Shown here: in pieces, positions 29,147-38,635 of the stretch
How the letters are laid out: every line of letters starts with the position of its first letter
How positions within the stretch are numbered: position 1 is the first letter of the stretch
Source of the DNA: a virus
DNA length: 64,000 nt
Reading direction: 5' to 3' (one strand)
IMG/VR virus record: IMGVR_UViG_3300045391_004184
Span: 1-64,000 of that record
Translations under genes and position numbers: made by a program
Notes under the pieces: generated by a model
The model's database searches: none
Told to the model about the DNA's origin: nothing
What the model saw: the letters and a program-made list of their open reading frames with translations, nothing else

Positions 29147-29560
29147 ATGCGTTTACCATCGTTTAAAAGATTAATTCTAGAAAGTTTCGAACAACAATAT
29201 CAAAAACTTGTTGAAGCCCTTTCTTTGTCTTTAAACTACGGAATAGAGCTTTTATATCAGGCTTTAGATAAAAATATCACTTTAAGGGACAATATTAAAT
29301 GCACTGTAAAGGATATAACGGTTAATGTTAATGCTAGCGGTAAGCCTAAAATTAGTACTACTTTTAACCTTGATACTAACGGTAAAGTTGATGGAATTAT
29401 CGTTATAAGCGCTTTAAACCAGTCTAATTCGGCTTTATACCCCTCCTCCGGCATTTTTATTAGCGGATTGCAGAGTGGGCAGACTTTTGTAGTAAATAAC
29501 GTAACAGGGCTTCAGGCGGATCAAAATTATCTATTAAGGGTAGTAGTTTTCTGCCAATGA
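29147..29560 (+). CDS. hypothetical virion protein
   Basis: 137 aa. Starts 2 nt after the stop of the 1537-aa gene. Confidence 0.6.
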   Translation: MRLPSFKRLILESFEQQYQKLVEALSLSLNYGIELLYQALDKNITLRDNIKCTVKDITVNVNASGKPKISTTFNLDTNGKVDGIIVISALNQSNSALYPSSGIFISGLQSGQTFVVNNVTGLQADQNYLLRVVVFCQ

Positions 29561-29573
29561 GAAATATAAGGGT

Positions 29574-29587
29574 TTTAACAACTATAT
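29574..29587 (+). promoter_or_regulatory. conserved intergenic motif copy 7 (TTTAACAACTATAT), putative phage promoter
   Basis: 22 nt upstream of the ATG at 29610. Heads the internal-protein gene block. Confidence 0.45.
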
Positions 29588-29609
29588 ATACTAGGAAATT
29601 AATAGAATA

Positions 29610-31226
29610 ATGGCAATATTACAAGCTCCAAATCAACCACAAAATCAAACTCAAAACAACACTATTGGGTTTAATGATTTACAACAAAATCGAAAACAGG
29701 GCGGTTCTGGATACACTAATATCCAAAGACTTGTTAGTGCAAATCAACAAAATAAGCTTGGTTCCACTATTGGTGGAGGAATTCAACAAAGTGGTCAACA
29801 AGTTCAGCAAGGTTTAAATCAAGGACAACAACAATTTAAACAACAAACTCAACAAGAAGTTGGAAGAATTACTCCTGAAGTACAAAATTTAACTCAAAAT
29901 GTTTTAGGCGGAGACGTTGCAAAAGCCGCAACGACTGATCAGGGAAAACAATTTACAAATCTATTACAAGGGCAATATTCTGGAGGTCTTTATAGAGGTC
30001 CTCAAGGTTTACAAAACGCCCAACAATTACAATCCCAAGCTCAGGATGTCTCACAACAAGCGCAAGCTATTGGTAGTGCTCAAGGTAGACAGGGATTATT
30101 ACAAAGATATGTTGGAAGTCCTACATATGGTGCTGGACAACAAAGACTTGATACTCTTTTATTGGGACAAACTGGTGCCCCACAATTAGCACAGGCTCGT
30201 AAAGGAGCTTTGGGTCTTATGACTCAGGCTAATACACAAATTTCAGGAGCACAAGCTCAAGCTCAAGAAGCTCAAAATAAATTTAATCAAGCCCTACAAC
30301 AAGGAACGGAAGCCGCGAGAAATCAATTATCGGGAATGGCAACTGGTCTTACTGGACAATTATCACAAAGAGCACAAGAAGCCACAGAACAAGAACAAAA
30401 GAATTATCAATCATTACTTGATGCCGCTAAAACTGGACAATTAACTCAACAACAAGCTGATTTATTAGGCGTTAAACAGGGTGATATTTTATATAATTTA
30501 TTTAAAGATAAACCCGAATCCCTTATTGGACAAGGAATGCAAGCTACAGCACAAAATATCGCAACTCCAGAAGAGTACGCAAGAATTCAGGCTTTACAAC
30601 AATTATCTGGAGGAAAAGCTACGGCAGATGCAAATACTGCTCTTCAGAATTACTTATCCGCAGCTAAGCCAACGGATGCTTTTGATCCAACAAAATTTGC
30701 AACAACTAATACAGGTCAAATTCAATCTCAATTACAGAACGCCGCTCAAATGTATAATACGGCCAGTGGTCAAACTCTACAGGCCCATGATGCTGAAGTT
30801 AATAACAATAGAGAAGCCGCAATGTCTGTATTTCAAAATAATGCATTTACCGGAAATCCTGAAATTTCAAAAATTATGCAGCAATATGGAATTAGTCCAG
30901 GAAGTAGCACAAATGTTGAAAATGTTCAAAATGCTGTTAATGCAACAAATGCCAGCATTTCTAATCAATTAACAGGATTACAGAATGGAACAACTCCAGT
31001 CTTAAATGCTTACGGACAAGTTGTAAGTCCAAATGATCTAAGTTATCAAGATGCTAAAAATAATATGATATATAATTTACAGCAAGCTAAACAACAATTA
31101 TCTAGGGCCGAAATTACTAATTTAAGCAATGCAGTTGCAGCAAGAAATTCCGCTTTACAAGATGTTTATAATCAATACGGTGCCGGACAAGTTGTTCAAA
31201 TTCTTCCACAAGGACAAACTTCATGA
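29610..31226 (+). CDS. Q-rich internal virion (ejection/core) protein candidate
   Basis: 538 aa. Extreme Gln/Ala/Asn content with predicted long helices. Position after the tail genes as in T7-like phages. Confidence 0.6.
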   Translation: MAILQAPNQPQNQTQNNTIGFNDLQQNRKQGGSGYTNIQRLVSANQQNKLGSTIGGGIQQSGQQVQQGLNQGQQQFKQQTQQEVGRITPEVQNLTQNVLGGDVAKAATTDQGKQFTNLLQGQYSGGLYRGPQGLQNAQQLQSQAQDVSQQAQAIGSAQGRQGLLQRYVGSPTYGAGQQRLDTLLLGQTGAPQLAQARKGALGLMTQANTQISGAQAQAQEAQNKFNQALQQGTEAARNQLSGMATGLTGQLSQRAQEATEQEQKNYQSLLDAAKTGQLTQQQADLLGVKQGDILYNLFKDKPESLIGQGMQATAQNIATPEEYARIQALQQLSGGKATADANTALQNYLSAAKPTDAFDPTKFATTNTGQIQSQLQNAAQMYNTASGQTLQAHDAEVNNNREAAMSVFQNNAFTGNPEISKIMQQYGISPGSSTNVENVQNAVNATNASISNQLTGLQNGTTPVLNAYGQVVSPNDLSYQDAKNNMIYNLQQAKQQLSRAEITNLSNAVAARNSALQDVYNQYGAGQVVQILPQGQTS

Positions 31227-31624
31227 AAATAAGAAATTATAGAAAAGAAGATTATCCTATTATTTTAAGTTGGTGGATGAATACTGAAGAAACTCTTCCA
31301 AGTGCTAATTTAATTCCTTTGGAAAGTTCTTTTATTGTTGAAAATGATGATGAAATTCCTCTTTTAGCGGTAAGTCTTTATTTAACAAATACTAATGAAA
31401 TGTGCTATGTTCAAAATTTTATTGGAAATCCCAATTTTAAAGGGCCTATTAGAAAACAAGCTGGAGAACTTCTTCAAAAGCACATAGAACAGTTTGCTAA
31501 AGAATTAAATATTAAACGTCTTATTTGTTATACATATAAAGATAAAATTAAAGATAGATATAAAGAATTAGGTTATCAACCAACATATGATAACATTACA
31601 AGTTTTGTTAAGGAGATTTTATAA
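31223..31624 (+). CDS. GNAT-like N-acetyltransferase (tentative)
   Basis: 133 aa. Starts KIRNYRKEDYPIIL and ends RYKELGYQP, a typical GNAT layout. ATGA-coupled to the neighbouring internal-protein genes. Confidence 0.4.
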   Translation: MKIRNYRKEDYPIILSWWMNTEETLPSANLIPLESSFIVENDDEIPLLAVSLYLTNTNEMCYVQNFIGNPNFKGPIRKQAGELLQKHIEQFAKELNIKRLICYTYKDKIKDRYKELGYQPTYDNITSFVKEIL

Positions 31625-32622
31625 TGGATGCAATAAAACCAGTAACTAGTGTTGTTGGTGGAATTTTAGGGGCTAACGCAGCTTCTGGCGATGCCGCAAA
31701 ATCAAGAGACGCAGCTTCAATTGCTACTAATATTCTTCAACAATTAAGAGAAGCTCCCGATGAATCAAAAGCTGTAATTTGGAATCAATATAAACAAGCT
31801 GGAATATTAACTCCAGAAATGGAACAATCCATCATTGCACAAAATCCTGAAATTGCAAAATATAAGGATCAGGCGGATGTTGTTCAAGCGCAAAGAGATG
31901 CATTAAAAACTATCGGAGATCGAGCTAGAGGTGGATTAAATGCTGAAGATAGATATGCTTTACAACAAGCATCTTCACAAGCGCAAACTGATGAAGAAGC
32001 AAAAAGACAACAAATCTTACAAAACATGCAAGCTCGTGGACAAGCGGGTGGGGGAGCAGAACTTGCTGCGCAATTAGCCGCTTCACAAAGTGGAGCACAA
32101 AATGAAGCAACAAATAGAGCCAGAGTAATGGCGCAAGCGCAATCTGCCGCTTTGCAAGCTGCTGGACAACAGGGCGCTTTGGGTACTCAAATTAGAGGTC
32201 AAGAATTTAGCGAAGCTGCTCAAAAATCTGCCGCACAAAATGAATTGGATCGTTTTAATGTTGCTAATCAAATCGCTCAACAACAAAGAAATGTTTCTGC
32301 TCAAAATCAAGCGCAAGCTGGTAATCTTAATGTAGCTCAAAATCTTCAAAATCTTAATACCGCACAAGCAAATGCTGAAATTCAAAGAGAAATGGATGCT
32401 AGAAGGCAGAAATATCTTGATGATGTTAATTTAGCAAAAACAAAAGCTGGGGCATATTCTAGTCAAGCTGGATATTTACAGGGACAAGCTGATAAAACTG
32501 CTCAAGCAACTCAAGGTTTATGGACAGGTATTGGACAAGCGGTTCCTAGCGCTTATGGTGCAATTAGTGGTTTAATGGGTAAAAAACAATCAGAACCAAC
32601 AGATGAATGGACATACGGATAA
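31624..32622 (+). CDS. Q/A-rich internal virion protein candidate
   Basis: 332 aa. Composition resembles 29610..31226 (AQLAASQSGAQNEATNRARVMAQAQSAALQAAGQQ). Confidence 0.6.
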   Translation: MDAIKPVTSVVGGILGANAASGDAAKSRDAASIATNILQQLREAPDESKAVIWNQYKQAGILTPEMEQSIIAQNPEIAKYKDQADVVQAQRDALKTIGDRARGGLNAEDRYALQQASSQAQTDEEAKRQQILQNMQARGQAGGGAELAAQLAASQSGAQNEATNRARVMAQAQSAALQAAGQQGALGTQIRGQEFSEAAQKSAAQNELDRFNVANQIAQQQRNVSAQNQAQAGNLNVAQNLQNLNTAQANAEIQREMDARRQKYLDDVNLAKTKAGAYSSQAGYLQGQADKTAQATQGLWTGIGQAVPSAYGAISGLMGKKQSEPTDEWTYG

Positions 32623-32631
32623 GGAATTATT

Positions 32632-34188
32632 ATGGCATTTGCAAATGTAGAAAATAATGATGAATTAGATACCCATCTTCAAAACTTTGAAAATCAGCAG
32701 CAATCTTCAATGCCTTCGAAAGTTCCTGTTGATTTTTCCGATGAACCAATGGTTATTGGTGGAACAAAACCTGTTCCTAAAGCTCCTTTGGGTTCTGAAG
32801 CTCAATTATCAAATGTTGAAGAAGGATCTCCTGAAGATAAAAGTTTAGAAGATAAATATCTTGCTGAAGATTTTGATGCTGGCGAAAAATCTGATAAAGT
32901 TGCTAAAAAAGCTCCAGAGAAATCAGAAGAAAAAGAAGAGCCTAATGAGGAAGATGATTCTGAAAGTGAAGAAGAAACTGCTTCTGAAGAGCCTTCTAAA
33001 GAAATAACTCCTGAAGAACAATCTTCCATCCAAAGACTTTTGTCCTCTTTAAAACCAGAAGCTTCTAAAGGAATGTCTCCAATCGAAGAAGCTCAAAAAG
33101 AAAGAGATAGACAAACTAATTTACATAATCTCGATAGGGCCGCAGCTTTAATAGGTTCTTCTATTGCAAAACAAGATCCTGAAATTATGCAGAAATTGTT
33201 GGATCGTTTTAAAGAACCAACTGATGCTGTTACAAAATTAAAAGAAAAAACCGATTATAATCAATATGATCCCAAAAGTGAAATGTCTTCTGTTATGAGG
33301 AATTATTTAACTTCTAAAGGTATTAAGATTTCTGATAACGCTTCTGCCGCAGATATTTTAAAAGTTGCTCCATATTTAGCAAAAGATGCTAGTTTACAAA
33401 ATCTTTTACAAAGAACTCTTTTGACTCAAACTGTAAAACAGCAAGAGGGTGAGAAGAATAGGGAATCTGCCGAAAAAAGAGCAGAAATGTATCAAAAAGC
33501 TCGTTTAGAACAAACAAAAGCTCTCACTGGTACACGTCAAGATATAAATATGCAGCATAGATTAGATGCTATTAACAAGGCTTTAAGAGAGGGTGGGGGT
33601 CAACCTGTTATTCAAAATAGATTGGCACTTCAGAGATCTCAAAACTTATTTTTAACAAATGGAATTGATCCAACTATTGATTCAAAGGATATTGACAAAA
33701 TTCCAGATTCTAAACTTAATAAAGTTAATAGAATTCAAGTTATGGAAAACGGCATTGAGTTAAACAGATTATTAACAGGCACTGGAATTGCTGCACAAAA
33801 TACATTAAATAAACTTGTTCCCAATAACGCATCAATGACTGCAACTCAAATGCAAGATTATATTACAAATAAATTAAATCCTGCGGATCAGGCTAAAGTT
33901 ATTAAAGCTTATTTACAAATTGGTGCTAGAGTTAGAGACCAAAATAAAGAAAATCTAAAGAAATATCAGAAACAAGTTCTTTCTGGTGCTGGGCAAGTTT
34001 TAGATTATTTCCCAGAACAAAAGAAAATGCTTTTAAATGAACATGATTTATCAATGGATGATTTAAAGGGTTCTAAAATGACTCCACAAGCTCCATCTTC
34101 TGCTCATAAACCGGGCGATATTGTTTCTTATAAAGGTAAACAATATAAAGTTGGTAATGATGGTGATACATTAGAGGAAATACAATAA
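32632..34188 (+). CDS. internal virion protein candidate with acidic N-terminal region
   Basis: 518 aa. E/D/S-rich residues about 60-130, then a helical K/Q-rich body. Confidence 0.6.
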   Translation: MAFANVENNDELDTHLQNFENQQQSSMPSKVPVDFSDEPMVIGGTKPVPKAPLGSEAQLSNVEEGSPEDKSLEDKYLAEDFDAGEKSDKVAKKAPEKSEEKEEPNEEDDSESEEETASEEPSKEITPEEQSSIQRLLSSLKPEASKGMSPIEEAQKERDRQTNLHNLDRAAALIGSSIAKQDPEIMQKLLDRFKEPTDAVTKLKEKTDYNQYDPKSEMSSVMRNYLTSKGIKISDNASAADILKVAPYLAKDASLQNLLQRTLLTQTVKQQEGEKNRESAEKRAEMYQKARLEQTKALTGTRQDINMQHRLDAINKALREGGGQPVIQNRLALQRSQNLFLTNGIDPTIDSKDIDKIPDSKLNKVNRIQVMENGIELNRLLTGTGIAAQNTLNKLVPNNASMTATQMQDYITNKLNPADQAKVIKAYLQIGARVRDQNKENLKKYQKQVLSGAGQVLDYFPEQKKMLLNEHDLSMDDLKGSKMTPQAPSSAHKPGDIVSYKGKQYKVGNDGDTLEEIQ

Positions 34189-34189
34189 A

Positions 34190-35971
34190 ATGGCCGATCT
34201 AAAGTTATCAGATTTAAATCCTGAAGATGTAAAACCTGTTGGTCCAAAACTTTCAGATATAAGTCCTGATGAAGTAAAACCTATCGCTCAAACTCAAAGT
34301 CCTCAACAATCTCCTTCTCCAGATCAATCACAGGATCAAGAACAACAAATTGGTCCTTTAAAAGCTGGGGCAATGGGTGTTATTCAGGGCGGAACTATGG
34401 GTTTTGCTGATGAAATTGAAGGTGCTTTAAAGGCTCTTGGAGAAAAGGGCGAAAAAATTATAAAGCATGAAGATACAAAAGATCTAAAAGAACTTTATAA
34501 ACAATATAGAGATCAAGCTCGTCAAAAATATAAACAGGCTCAAGAACAACAACCGGCTTCATATTTCGCAGGAAATGTTGCCGGAGGAGTGGGGACTGCA
34601 GCTCTTACTGGTGGAGCTAGTGTTGGTGGTATGGCGGCTTTGGGTGCCGTTCAAGGTTTAGGATCTTCAGAAGGAGATCTTACGGATGCCACACCTTCAG
34701 ATTTATTAAAGACCGCAAAAGATGTTGGAGTCGGTGCGGGTGTTGGGGCTTTAGGTGGATATCTTGGTGGAAAGATTGCTGGAGCATTAACTCCAGAAGC
34801 AACAGAAGCTGCTGCAGGAAGAATGGCTTCAAGTGCTGCCGGACTTTCTAAAGAAATGGCTCTTAGTAAAAAAGGCATTGATGTCGCACAAGTGGGAAAT
34901 ACCGCTCTTCAAGAAGGAGCTTCTCCTCTTATGGGTGGAGCTAAAAATATTTTAGCCAAAACTCAAGAAGCAATTGAACGAAATGAAGATAAATTAACTC
35001 CTTTATTTCAAAAAGCTCAAAATGTTATAGATGAGAAATTAACACCAGAACTAGTTGATCAAGTTGGACATATTGGAGATAAACTTGAAAATTCATTATC
35101 TTCTTATGGCGAACAAATTAGCAAACTTCCAAAAGCTGATCAAATAATGGCAAAACTTCAAGAAAGTTATAAACCTTATATTGATAAAGTTTCTTCTATT
35201 GATGGAAACTTAATGGAATTAAATAAATATAAACAGGCTTTACAACAAAGTGCTAGAGATTTGGGAGCATATAGTAAACAATTTCCAGAATTGGCTCCAG
35301 AGGCTCAACTTGTTAAAAAAATGGCCGGGGTTGTTAGAGAACATATTGAAGATCTTGCGAATAGCGCCGGTGAAAATTTTGGTTCACAAATATCTTCGGT
35401 AAATAAGAGCTTAAGTAATTTATACACTTATGAAGATGCTGCAATGAAATTAGTAGATAAAGATTCTTTAAGAAAATTTTTAGATATGAAGGATATTTCT
35501 GGAGCAGCAATTGGAACCGCAACAGGTTCCCTTCCTATCGTAGGACCGCTTCTTATTGGTAAAAAGATTGCCGAAAAAGCAACTGGAAATCCTATTGAAA
35601 GAACTGTTCAACAATTGGGGGCAAAAGCTCTTTCTGCAACTTCTAAGGCTTTACAGAGCGATATTGGAGATATTCTTATTAATAAGGGAGTTTCTAATGC
35701 TGCGGCTTCTAGTATTTCTAATCCTTGGAATATCGAAAAACTTCAAAATAAAACAAATAATTTAATTCCTTATACAATGTATAATGCTTCAGATGAATCT
35801 TTAAGGGATATTGCTGATCGTTTAAAAGAGACTAAAGAAACCTCAATGTACGGTCAAATGCTTAATGATGCTTTAGATAATAATGATAGTTTTGAGAAAA
35901 GTAAGGCGATATTTCTTATGATGGGAAATCCTCAAACTAGGAAACTTTTTGCTCCGAAAGAGGAAAAATAA
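34190..35971 (+). CDS. internal virion protein candidate with Gly-rich hydrophobic segments
   Basis: 593 aa. AGNVAGGVGTAALTGGASVGGMAALGAVQGLG and VGVGAGVGALGGYLGGKIAGAL look like membrane-insertion segments. Confidence 0.6.
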   Translation: MADLKLSDLNPEDVKPVGPKLSDISPDEVKPIAQTQSPQQSPSPDQSQDQEQQIGPLKAGAMGVIQGGTMGFADEIEGALKALGEKGEKIIKHEDTKDLKELYKQYRDQARQKYKQAQEQQPASYFAGNVAGGVGTAALTGGASVGGMAALGAVQGLGSSEGDLTDATPSDLLKTAKDVGVGAGVGALGGYLGGKIAGALTPEATEAAAGRMASSAAGLSKEMALSKKGIDVAQVGNTALQEGASPLMGGAKNILAKTQEAIERNEDKLTPLFQKAQNVIDEKLTPELVDQVGHIGDKLENSLSSYGEQISKLPKADQIMAKLQESYKPYIDKVSSIDGNLMELNKYKQALQQSARDLGAYSKQFPELAPEAQLVKKMAGVVREHIEDLANSAGENFGSQISSVNKSLSNLYTYEDAAMKLVDKDSLRKFLDMKDISGAAIGTATGSLPIVGPLLIGKKIAEKATGNPIERTVQQLGAKALSATSKALQSDIGDILINKGVSNAAASSISNPWNIEKLQNKTNNLIPYTMYNASDESLRDIADRLKETKETSMYGQMLNDALDNNDSFEKSKAIFLMMGNPQTRKLFAPKEEK

Positions 35972-36250
35972 ATGAGCGATAATGATGAAAAACTTTTAAA
36001 TAAATTAGAAAATATTGAGAGTCATCTTTCTTCAATAGATGTTACACTTGCAAAACAAGAAGTATCTTTAAGTGAACATGTTAGAAGATCAGAAACTTTA
36101 GAGGATCTTGTTTCTTATATTAGAGATGAAGAGATAGAACCCATTAAAGCTCATGTTGCTAGAGTTCAAGGGGCAATGAAAACGGTTAGCGTTTTATTGG
36201 CCGCTGTCGCTTCCATCGCCGCCGTTTTGAAATTTTTTGGTAAGCTCTGA
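35972..36250 (+). CDS. small coiled-coil protein with C-terminal TM
   Basis: 92 aa. TVSVLLAAVASIAAVLKFF. Last gene of the plus arm. Its 3' end overlaps the convergent gene 36194..36850. Confidence 0.55.
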   Translation: MSDNDEKLLNKLENIESHLSSIDVTLAKQEVSLSEHVRRSETLEDLVSYIRDEEIEPIKAHVARVQGAMKTVSVLLAAVASIAAVLKFFGKL

Positions 36251-36850
36251 TTTTAAATCAATCATTTCAATAATATCATTTTCATATTCTTCATTCACTA
36301 GCATACTTTTTGGAAGATCATCAAATAAATAGGTTTTTCCCATTGCCTTTGTTTTTGTAACAAGGCATCTGTTTCTACTATTATTCCTATCATATGAATC
36401 CTTTTGATAGGTATCCTTAATATTCTTAAATTCCTTATTAATAATCGCTAATACGGACTTTTTAAAAGCATTAACAGATTTTTTAATCTGATTCTTAGAT
36501 TTATTCTTTAAAATTGATTGTTCAATATATTTATTAAGTTTCTTTAGATATTCAACAAAATCAAGTTTTACATCAATTAAAAACTTATTCTTTTCGCTTT
36601 CTTTCTTTTTAACAGGATGTATTCTTTTTCCGCCATGATTATAATTAGCGTTTGTGTATTCTTCATTAAATCTATTTAGATAGTCTTTTTCATCATCGGT
36701 TAGGGGTCTTATAATCTGTTCGCCAGAATTTTCATCAAATACACCATTTAAGTAATTTTGATCCAATTCTTCATAACGAGATCTAAGGTTAAGATTTTGT
36801 TTGAGGCCGGGGTATTTTGTCTTTGTTCTTTTATTGTTCTTTTTCTTCAT
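36194..36850 (-). CDS. hypothetical basic protein
   Basis: 218 aa, K/N-rich. Last gene of the minus arm. Confidence 0.55.
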   Translation of the reverse strand: MKKKNNKRTKTKYPGLKQNLNLRSRYEELDQNYLNGVFDENSGEQIIRPLTDDEKDYLNRFNEEYTNANYNHGGKRIHPVKKKESEKNKFLIDVKLDFVEYLKKLNKYIEQSILKNKSKNQIKKSVNAFKKSVLAIINKEFKNIKDTYQKDSYDRNNSRNRCLVTKTKAMGKTYLFDDLPKSMLVNEEYENDIIEMIDLKSELTKKFQNGGDGSDSGQ

Positions 36851-37391
36851 TTATATTAGTTTTAAACCAGGGAGTTCCTTTCACGTTTTTATATTCAAAG
36901 TAGAATTCAAGTAGTCTATAAAATGCTTTATTATTCATTTGAAGCTTAGGTTTTTTGTTATAAAGATCAAATAAATATTTACCAGTCGTCCAATTGTTCC
37001 CCTTGGTTATATTTTGTTCTTTAAAAAATTCTTCTAGCGATTCCCTCCATTTCTTGTTCTTTAAAAATTTAGCAACTTCATATTTCTTATTAATGGGCTT
37101 TAATCTTTTTGACGCCAATTCTAATGCGGTAGAGTTTAATTTATAAAATGTTCCCCCAAGTTTTGTTCTTTTAGTGAAGAATTTGGAGAAAAACAAAAAG
37201 AATTGAAGCTCTGTTATTGGTTCTTTTGACCATCTTTTATATAAATCATAGATAATAGATGTCTTAATGTCATTAGTTCCAGGTTCTATATTGTAAAAGC
37301 TTATAAAATTAGGAACATCTGCATAATTTAGAGTCTTTTGATTTAAGATCTCTTCTTCAGACATTTGTGAATATACTTTTAATTTATTCAT
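36831..37391 (-). CDS. hypothetical protein
   Basis: 186 aa ORF coupled to its neighbours. Confidence 0.55.
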   Translation of the reverse strand: MNKLKVYSQMSEEEILNQKTLNYADVPNFISFYNIEPGTNDIKTSIIYDLYKRWSKEPITELQFFLFFSKFFTKRTKLGGTFYKLNSTALELASKRLKPINKKYEVAKFLKNKKWRESLEEFFKEQNITKGNNWTTGKYLFDLYNKKPKLQMNNKAFYRLLEFYFEYKNVKGTPWFKTNINEEKEQ

Positions 37392-37534
37392 TTTTTCCTA
37401 ATAATTTTTAAACATTTCTTACAAGTGACTTCTTTATTAAGAATAGTACAAGGAACTTCATCTCTATTTCCATAATGACCACATTCAGATGTATTAGTCC
37501 AATTAGACCTTAATTTGTGAATTTTCCTTTTCAC
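37388..37534 (-). CDS. possible small Cys-rich (zinc-ribbon-like) protein, 48 aa
   Basis: Not in the ORF track. GTGA overlap upstream and ATGA overlap downstream fill the gap exactly. Contains ECGH...VPC...CKKC. Confidence 0.4.
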   Translation of the reverse strand: MKRKIHKLRSNWTNTSECGHYGNRDEVPCTILNKEVTCKKCLKIIRKK

Positions 37535-37932
37535 TGTCTTATAGCCCCTTTCGCTAATTCAAAAGCACCAAATGTTACAAGGGCTCCTAATACAAAATAA
37601 GCAGCTTTTTCCCAATTACTAACAGTGTTCGCATCATATGCTGTTTTATATAGCTTATCATTTTGATCTGCTAACAGTTTTATCTGATCACTCTTTTTCT
37701 GGATGATCTCATCCTGGAATTGGGTTGATTTTTCAAGGCTTTCTGTAAGAAGCTGATAAGTTCTGGACTCACGTTCGGATTTGAGAAGTTCGACAGTTCG
37801 CTCTTCTTTAATGAGATAACCTGAGAACGGGGCAGGATCTTTCTCGTCCACCCAAATAGCTTTTGAATCATCTGCATATGTAATTTCTCCTATAATTAAA
37901 ATACTTAATATAATACTAATTAACTTTTTCAT
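37531..37932 (-). CDS. envelope protein with N-terminal signal/TM, coiled coil and C-terminal TM (spanin-like candidate)
   Basis: MKKLISIILSILIIGEITYA ... AAYFVLGALVTFGAFELA. Confidence 0.5.
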   Translation of the reverse strand: MKKLISIILSILIIGEITYADDSKAIWVDEKDPAPFSGYLIKEERTVELLKSERESRTYQLLTESLEKSTQFQDEIIQKKSDQIKLLADQNDKLYKTAYDANTVSNWEKAAYFVLGALVTFGAFELAKGAIRQ

Positions 37933-38170
37933 TATTTAACCTTCTAATATATTCTTCGCCTTTTTGAATACAAATAAATATAACTTTCTCTTTTAATTCT
38001 TCTGTAAGATTATCTTTATAGAGATCTAAAATAGTTTCTTTACATCCATTCGCATAGGCTAGTTTAATATTTAAATTAGCTAATACTTTTATCGTTTTAT
38101 CCAGACTATCGTCAGTTTTTGAACAACCGATCAATAGTAATGGAATAATCAATAACAATAGCTTTTTCAC
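37916..38170 (-). CDS. putative lipoprotein
   Basis: Lipobox LLLIGC after MKKLLLLIIP. Confidence 0.55.
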   Translation of the reverse strand: MKKLLLLIIPLLLIGCSKTDDSLDKTIKVLANLNIKLAYANGCKETILDLYKDNLTEELKEKVIFICIQKGEEYIRRLNNEKVN

Positions 38171-38445
38171 TTTTCACACCAATCTATATGAATCTGTTTT
38201 GCTGCTATATAATTAATGGCATTATAGCCTTGTAATTCATAATGTTTTACAATCTTTTCGGGAATAACAGCAAATTGATCATTGGGAAATTCCAAAACAC
38301 AAGAACCACTATTAACATTCTCTTCTATTAACATATCAATTCTTTCATATGTTGCTTTTTCTGATAGTCTTTTAGCTTCTTTCGCGTTCATCGCAAAAGC
38401 GGGGACGCTCATTAATAATATAATCAATACTTTCTTAAAATCCAT
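38167..38445 (-). CDS. putative secreted protein
   Basis: Signal-like MDFKKVLIILLMSVPAFAMNA. Confidence 0.5.
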   Translation of the reverse strand: MDFKKVLIILLMSVPAFAMNAKEAKRLSEKATYERIDMLIEENVNSGSCVLEFPNDQFAVIPEKIVKHYELQGYNAINYIAAKQIHIDWCEK

Positions 38446-38635
38446 ATTTATAATGACATCCTATTCTACAGTCCATTTCTTTAATTCTTTTATGTAATTC
38501 GTTTGTTTCAGGAATTAAAGTACAATAATTTAAACAATGCCTTAAATTTGAAGGAGTGCTTTTTCCTTCATTATTTATCGGTTTTACTATCAGAAGAATT
38601 GCCACCATTATTAAGCCTATTAAGAATCTCTTCAC
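38435..38635 (-). CDS. small membrane-anchored Cys-rich protein
   Basis: GTG start behind AGAGGAG. TM segment FLIGLIMVAILLIV. Four Cys residues. Overlaps the upstream gene by 65 nt. Confidence 0.45.
   Translation of the reverse strand: MKRFLIGLIMVAILLIVKPINNEGKSTPSNLRHCLNYCTLIPETNELHKRIKEMDCRIGCHYKYGF

Noticed and set aside
29917-30972. Alternative-frame ORFs inside the Q-rich gene (29917..30189, 30481..30972) and similar shadow ORFs. These include 265..453, 490..696, 2836..3030, 3919..4164, 9069..9335, 12946..13140, 13372..13569, 13654..13869, 25427..25677, 28060..28341, 32083..32385, 32802..33029, 34651..34878, 43606..44034, 46820..47080, 50873..51136, 51528..51779, 56708..56941, 58068..58301 and 63364..63588.
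   Set aside because: All are nested within, or antisense to, longer ORFs that have motif support. They lack an RBS and have odd composition, as expected for AT-rich or low-complexity sequence.
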